From Gemmatimonadota bacterium (lineage in GTDB: Bacteria > Gemmatimonadota > Gemmatimonadetes > Gemmatimonadales > GWC2-71-9): a DNA stretch of 37,183 bases. The stretch is from contig JBDTOH010000002.1 of NCBI GenBank assembly GCA_039933355.1, positions 1-37,183 of the forward strand. The letters are read 5' to 3'. The notes below the pieces were generated by a model. The model was given only the letters and a program-made list of their open reading frames with translations, did not search any database and had not been told where the DNA came from. This document shows, in pieces, positions 35,220 to 37,183 of this stretch; positions within the stretch are counted from its first letter, which is position 1, and each line of letters opens with the position of its first letter. The translations under genes and the position numbers were made by a program.

Positions 35220-36440
35220 GTGTCGAAGCCCGCCGCCCGCCTGCTGGACATGCACGTCTGTCCGATGATCACGGTGCTGGTCCCGCACGTAGGCGGCCCG
35301 ATCGCGGGCCCCGGGGCTCCCACCACGCTCATCGCCGGAATGCCCGCTGCGCGGGTGACCGACATGTGCGTGTGCGTCGGTCCGCCGGATGTGATCGTAC
35401 TGGGATCGTTCACCGTGCTGATCGCCGGGATGCCCGCGGCCCGAGTTGGCGATCTGACCGCTCACGGCGGAACAATCCTTCCGCCGGGTTGTCCCACGGT
35501 TCTGATCGGTGACTCGGGCGGTGGCGCCGGCAGTCCGCAGGCGCGGACGATGGGCGCGGCCAAGGCGCAGGGCGCCGCGTTCACTCGCATGGGCTGCGCG
35601 GCCGAAGGCGTTATGCAGGCGCTGAAGGACTCTCCGCTTTTGGCGACCGGAGATCCCAATAAAAAAAGCTGGATCGAAATCGAACTGGTCGACCAGAAGG
35701 GCAAGCCGATACCGCACGAGCGGTTTCGGGTCGTTCCGCCGGACAAAAAACCGGTCGAAGGGTTTCTGGACGACAAAGGGTTCGCGCGAGTAGGGGGAAT
35801 CGACCCGGGAACCTGCGTGATCAGCTTCCCCAACCTGGACGCGGCTTCGTGGAAGCCCGAGGCTGGAGATCCGGGCCGGCGGGCAAAACCCGAAGTCGTT
35901 CCGACCGCCGGGCGGCCATCGATTGGGCCGGTGACGGTGCGCGGGCTCTTTGTCGGCAGGCCGTCCGTTGGACCGGTCAAAGTCAAGACGGTCGGACCCT
36001 CGATTGATCCGGTGCCAACTCCGACTTCACGACCGGGTGTGGGGTCCGTCACTACCCGCCTCGTGGTCGGGCCGTCGATCGGTGCCGTCAAGGTCAAGGT
36101 CCTGCAACGCAAGGCGCGCTTCGTCACCCAGATTCCGAACACGGTCCGCAAGGGAACGGTCCTCACCGTGCGGGGCCGTGACGGGAAGGAACTCTCGCGC
36201 GAGGACGTGGCTGCCGGCGCGAAAGGTCCCACGTTTCTCACGATTCCGCTCGATGAATTTCTCACCGAAGGGCTGGTCACCATCGAGATCGCATTGGCCA
36301 ACGGCAAAGTCGTGAACGGATTCTCCGTCGACCTCACGACGCTCCTCGCGGTTCAGCAGGCAGGTGCGACGATCGAGCGATTCGCTAAAGACCTCGGGCT
36401 CAACTTGGGTCCCGCCATCACTTCGCGCGACGACCAGTAG
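35220..36440 (+). CDS. PAAR-domain spike protein with about 300-aa C-terminal extension (no recognisable toxin domain)
   Basis: The preferred start is GTG 35220 (SKPAARLLDMHVCP), with AAGGAG at 35204-35209. The listed ORF starts at ATG 35163. PAAR domain features: PAARLLD, HVGGPIAGPGAPTTLIAGMPAARVTDMCVCVGPPD, LIAGMPAARVGDLTAHGGTILPPGCPTVLIGD. The extension has a beta-domain (nt 35670-35849), short GPS-I/V-GPV-K-V-K repeats (nt 35907-36101) and an unknown C-terminal domain. Confidence 0.85.
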   Translation: MSKPAARLLDMHVCPMITVLVPHVGGPIAGPGAPTTLIAGMPAARVTDMCVCVGPPDVIVLGSFTVLIAGMPAARVGDLTAHGGTILPPGCPTVLIGDSGGGAGSPQARTMGAAKAQGAAFTRMGCAAEGVMQALKDSPLLATGDPNKKSWIEIELVDQKGKPIPHERFRVVPPDKKPVEGFLDDKGFARVGGIDPGTCVISFPNLDAASWKPEAGDPGRRAKPEVVPTAGRPSIGPVTVRGLFVGRPSVGPVKVKTVGPSIDPVPTPTSRPGVGSVTTRLVVGPSIGAVKVKVLQRKARFVTQIPNTVRKGTVLTVRGRDGKELSREDVAAGAKGPTFLTIPLDEFLTEGLVTIEIALANGKVVNGFSVDLTTLLAVQQAGATIERFAKDLGLNLGPAITSRDDQ

Positions 36441-36443
36441 CCC

Positions 36444-37183
36444 ATGGACGTCTTTCTTCTCCATGTCGCGGTGCTCGAGCTCCGGCACTCGTCGGATCAT
36501 CAGAGCTGTGGGTACGGGCGGACCACGGAGGCGACGGTCTCCGTCAAGGTGAACGACGCGGCCATCGCCCCGGTGCTCACGACTTTCGGAAGCGATTTCG
36601 CGTTCAGCTCCCCGCTCAACCCCGAGGATCGGCTCACCATTACGGTCACGCCGAAGAATCCCGATTTCCATGTGATCGATGGGGGCTTCGTCTACCAGGG
36701 CGACGGGCAGTTTCGCCGGCGCGCGGACACGCCGATCGAGCGGGCGGGTTTCGCGCCGCCGCAGTCGATTCAGTTCGACGTGACGCTTGGTCTGGTGCCG
36801 CTCAACGCGGCGCTGTTCCAGTGTTATGTCTCGAACCTCGCTGACGTCACCACGAAAGTCGCGGGCATCCTCTCCAAGGCGGCCGGCGGCGTCGACGTGA
36901 TCGCGCAGTTGGAGGCTGCGGAGAACAATCATTGGATTCGGCCAACACCGGTCCCGAACGCCGGGTCGCCGCCCCAGTACGAGGTTCGCCAAGTCGATCC
37001 GCGCGCGAACATCCGCTGCTACGAGATTGGCGGGAAGGTGATCCCCAAGCTGGTCATGACGACATGGCCCAAGAACGTCGACAACGCGGTCTCCGCGCTG
37101 CCGGGCCTCGTCATGGTTCATCCGATCCTCAGTGCCTACTACGCATCGAGCAAATACCCGTTCGGCAAGCAGCACCTGTGGGA
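36444..37183 (+). CDS. Unlisted ORF downstream of PAAR gene, 3' end outside window (candidate cargo/effector, function unknown)
   Basis: ATG 36444 is 3 nt after the PAAR stop. I checked the frame codon by codon and it is open for 246 codons to the window edge, with overwhelmingly G/C third positions. The product begins MDVFLLHVAVLELRHSSDHQSCGYGRTTEATVSVKVNDAAIAPV. It is absent from the ORF track, presumably because it has no in-window stop. The listed antisense ORF 36027..37175 is the mirror artefact. Confidence 0.7.
   Translation, partial: MDVFLLHVAVLELRHSSDHQSCGYGRTTEATVSVKVNDAAIAPVLTTFGSDFAFSSPLNPEDRLTITVTPKNPDFHVIDGGFVYQGDGQFRRRADTPIERAGFAPPQSIQFDVTLGLVPLNAALFQCYVSNLADVTTKVAGILSKAAGGVDVIAQLEAAENNHWIRPTPVPNAGSPPQYEVRQVDPRANIRCYEIGGKVIPKLVMTTWPKNVDNAVSALPGLVMVHPILSAYYASSKYPFGKQHLW

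Noticed and set aside
36027-37175. 382-aa minus-strand ORF covering the PAAR 3' end and the region beyond
   Set aside because: It is antisense to two plus-strand frames with clear protein features and G/C-rich third positions. Its own product is Arg/Asp/Glu/Leu-rich low-complexity sequence, typical of mirror-frame ORFs in high-GC DNA.

Overview
This is a high-GC (about two-thirds G+C by eye) bacterial chromosomal window. Genes are tightly packed and often translationally coupled through ATGA/GTGA overlaps. The gene content (PEGA/Sel1 protein, Yip1, M28 peptidase, several amidohydrolases, RND efflux) suggests a soil Gemmatimonadota- or Acidobacteriota-like organism, but that is inference only. 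I support about 32 protein-coding genes, 2 gene remnants, a few terminators, promoters and palindromes, and 2 unusual intergenic repeat structures. I found no rRNA, tRNA, CRISPR array, transposase or integrase.

Layout from left to right:
- galactokinase-like kinase (5' partial), beta-lactamase-fold hydrolase, methyltransferase
- gabT followed by potABCD (amine uptake and catabolism)
- a decayed stretch at 8.6-10.9 kb with two gene remnants and small hypothetical genes
- a 1034-aa APH-kinase / M23 / class-III-aminotransferase fusion
- an RND efflux operon in the order pump, OMF, adaptor
- glnA behind a conspicuous AT-rich promoter island
- hydrolases, a PLP decarboxylase and peptidases
- a pseudokinase-like / zinc-ribbon / PEGA / Sel1 membrane protein

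The most interesting part is the right end (32.2-37.2 kb). A PAAR spike protein with a long non-toxin extension is followed by an open ORF that runs off the window and is missing from the supplied ORF track. Transcribed divergently from it is an operon of four genes:
- a DUF4123-type (T6SS effector chaperone family) protein
- a 116-aa protein that is a paralogue of a domain inside the PAAR protein
- a 118-aa acidic protein
- an M48-family membrane protein whose HExxH zinc site has degenerated to HGIAS

No vgrG, hcp or tss genes are visible in the 33 kb to the left. The layout does not follow the canonical vgrG - chaperone - effector - immunity order.

All functional calls rest on motif and family recognition by eye. 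No searches were run.
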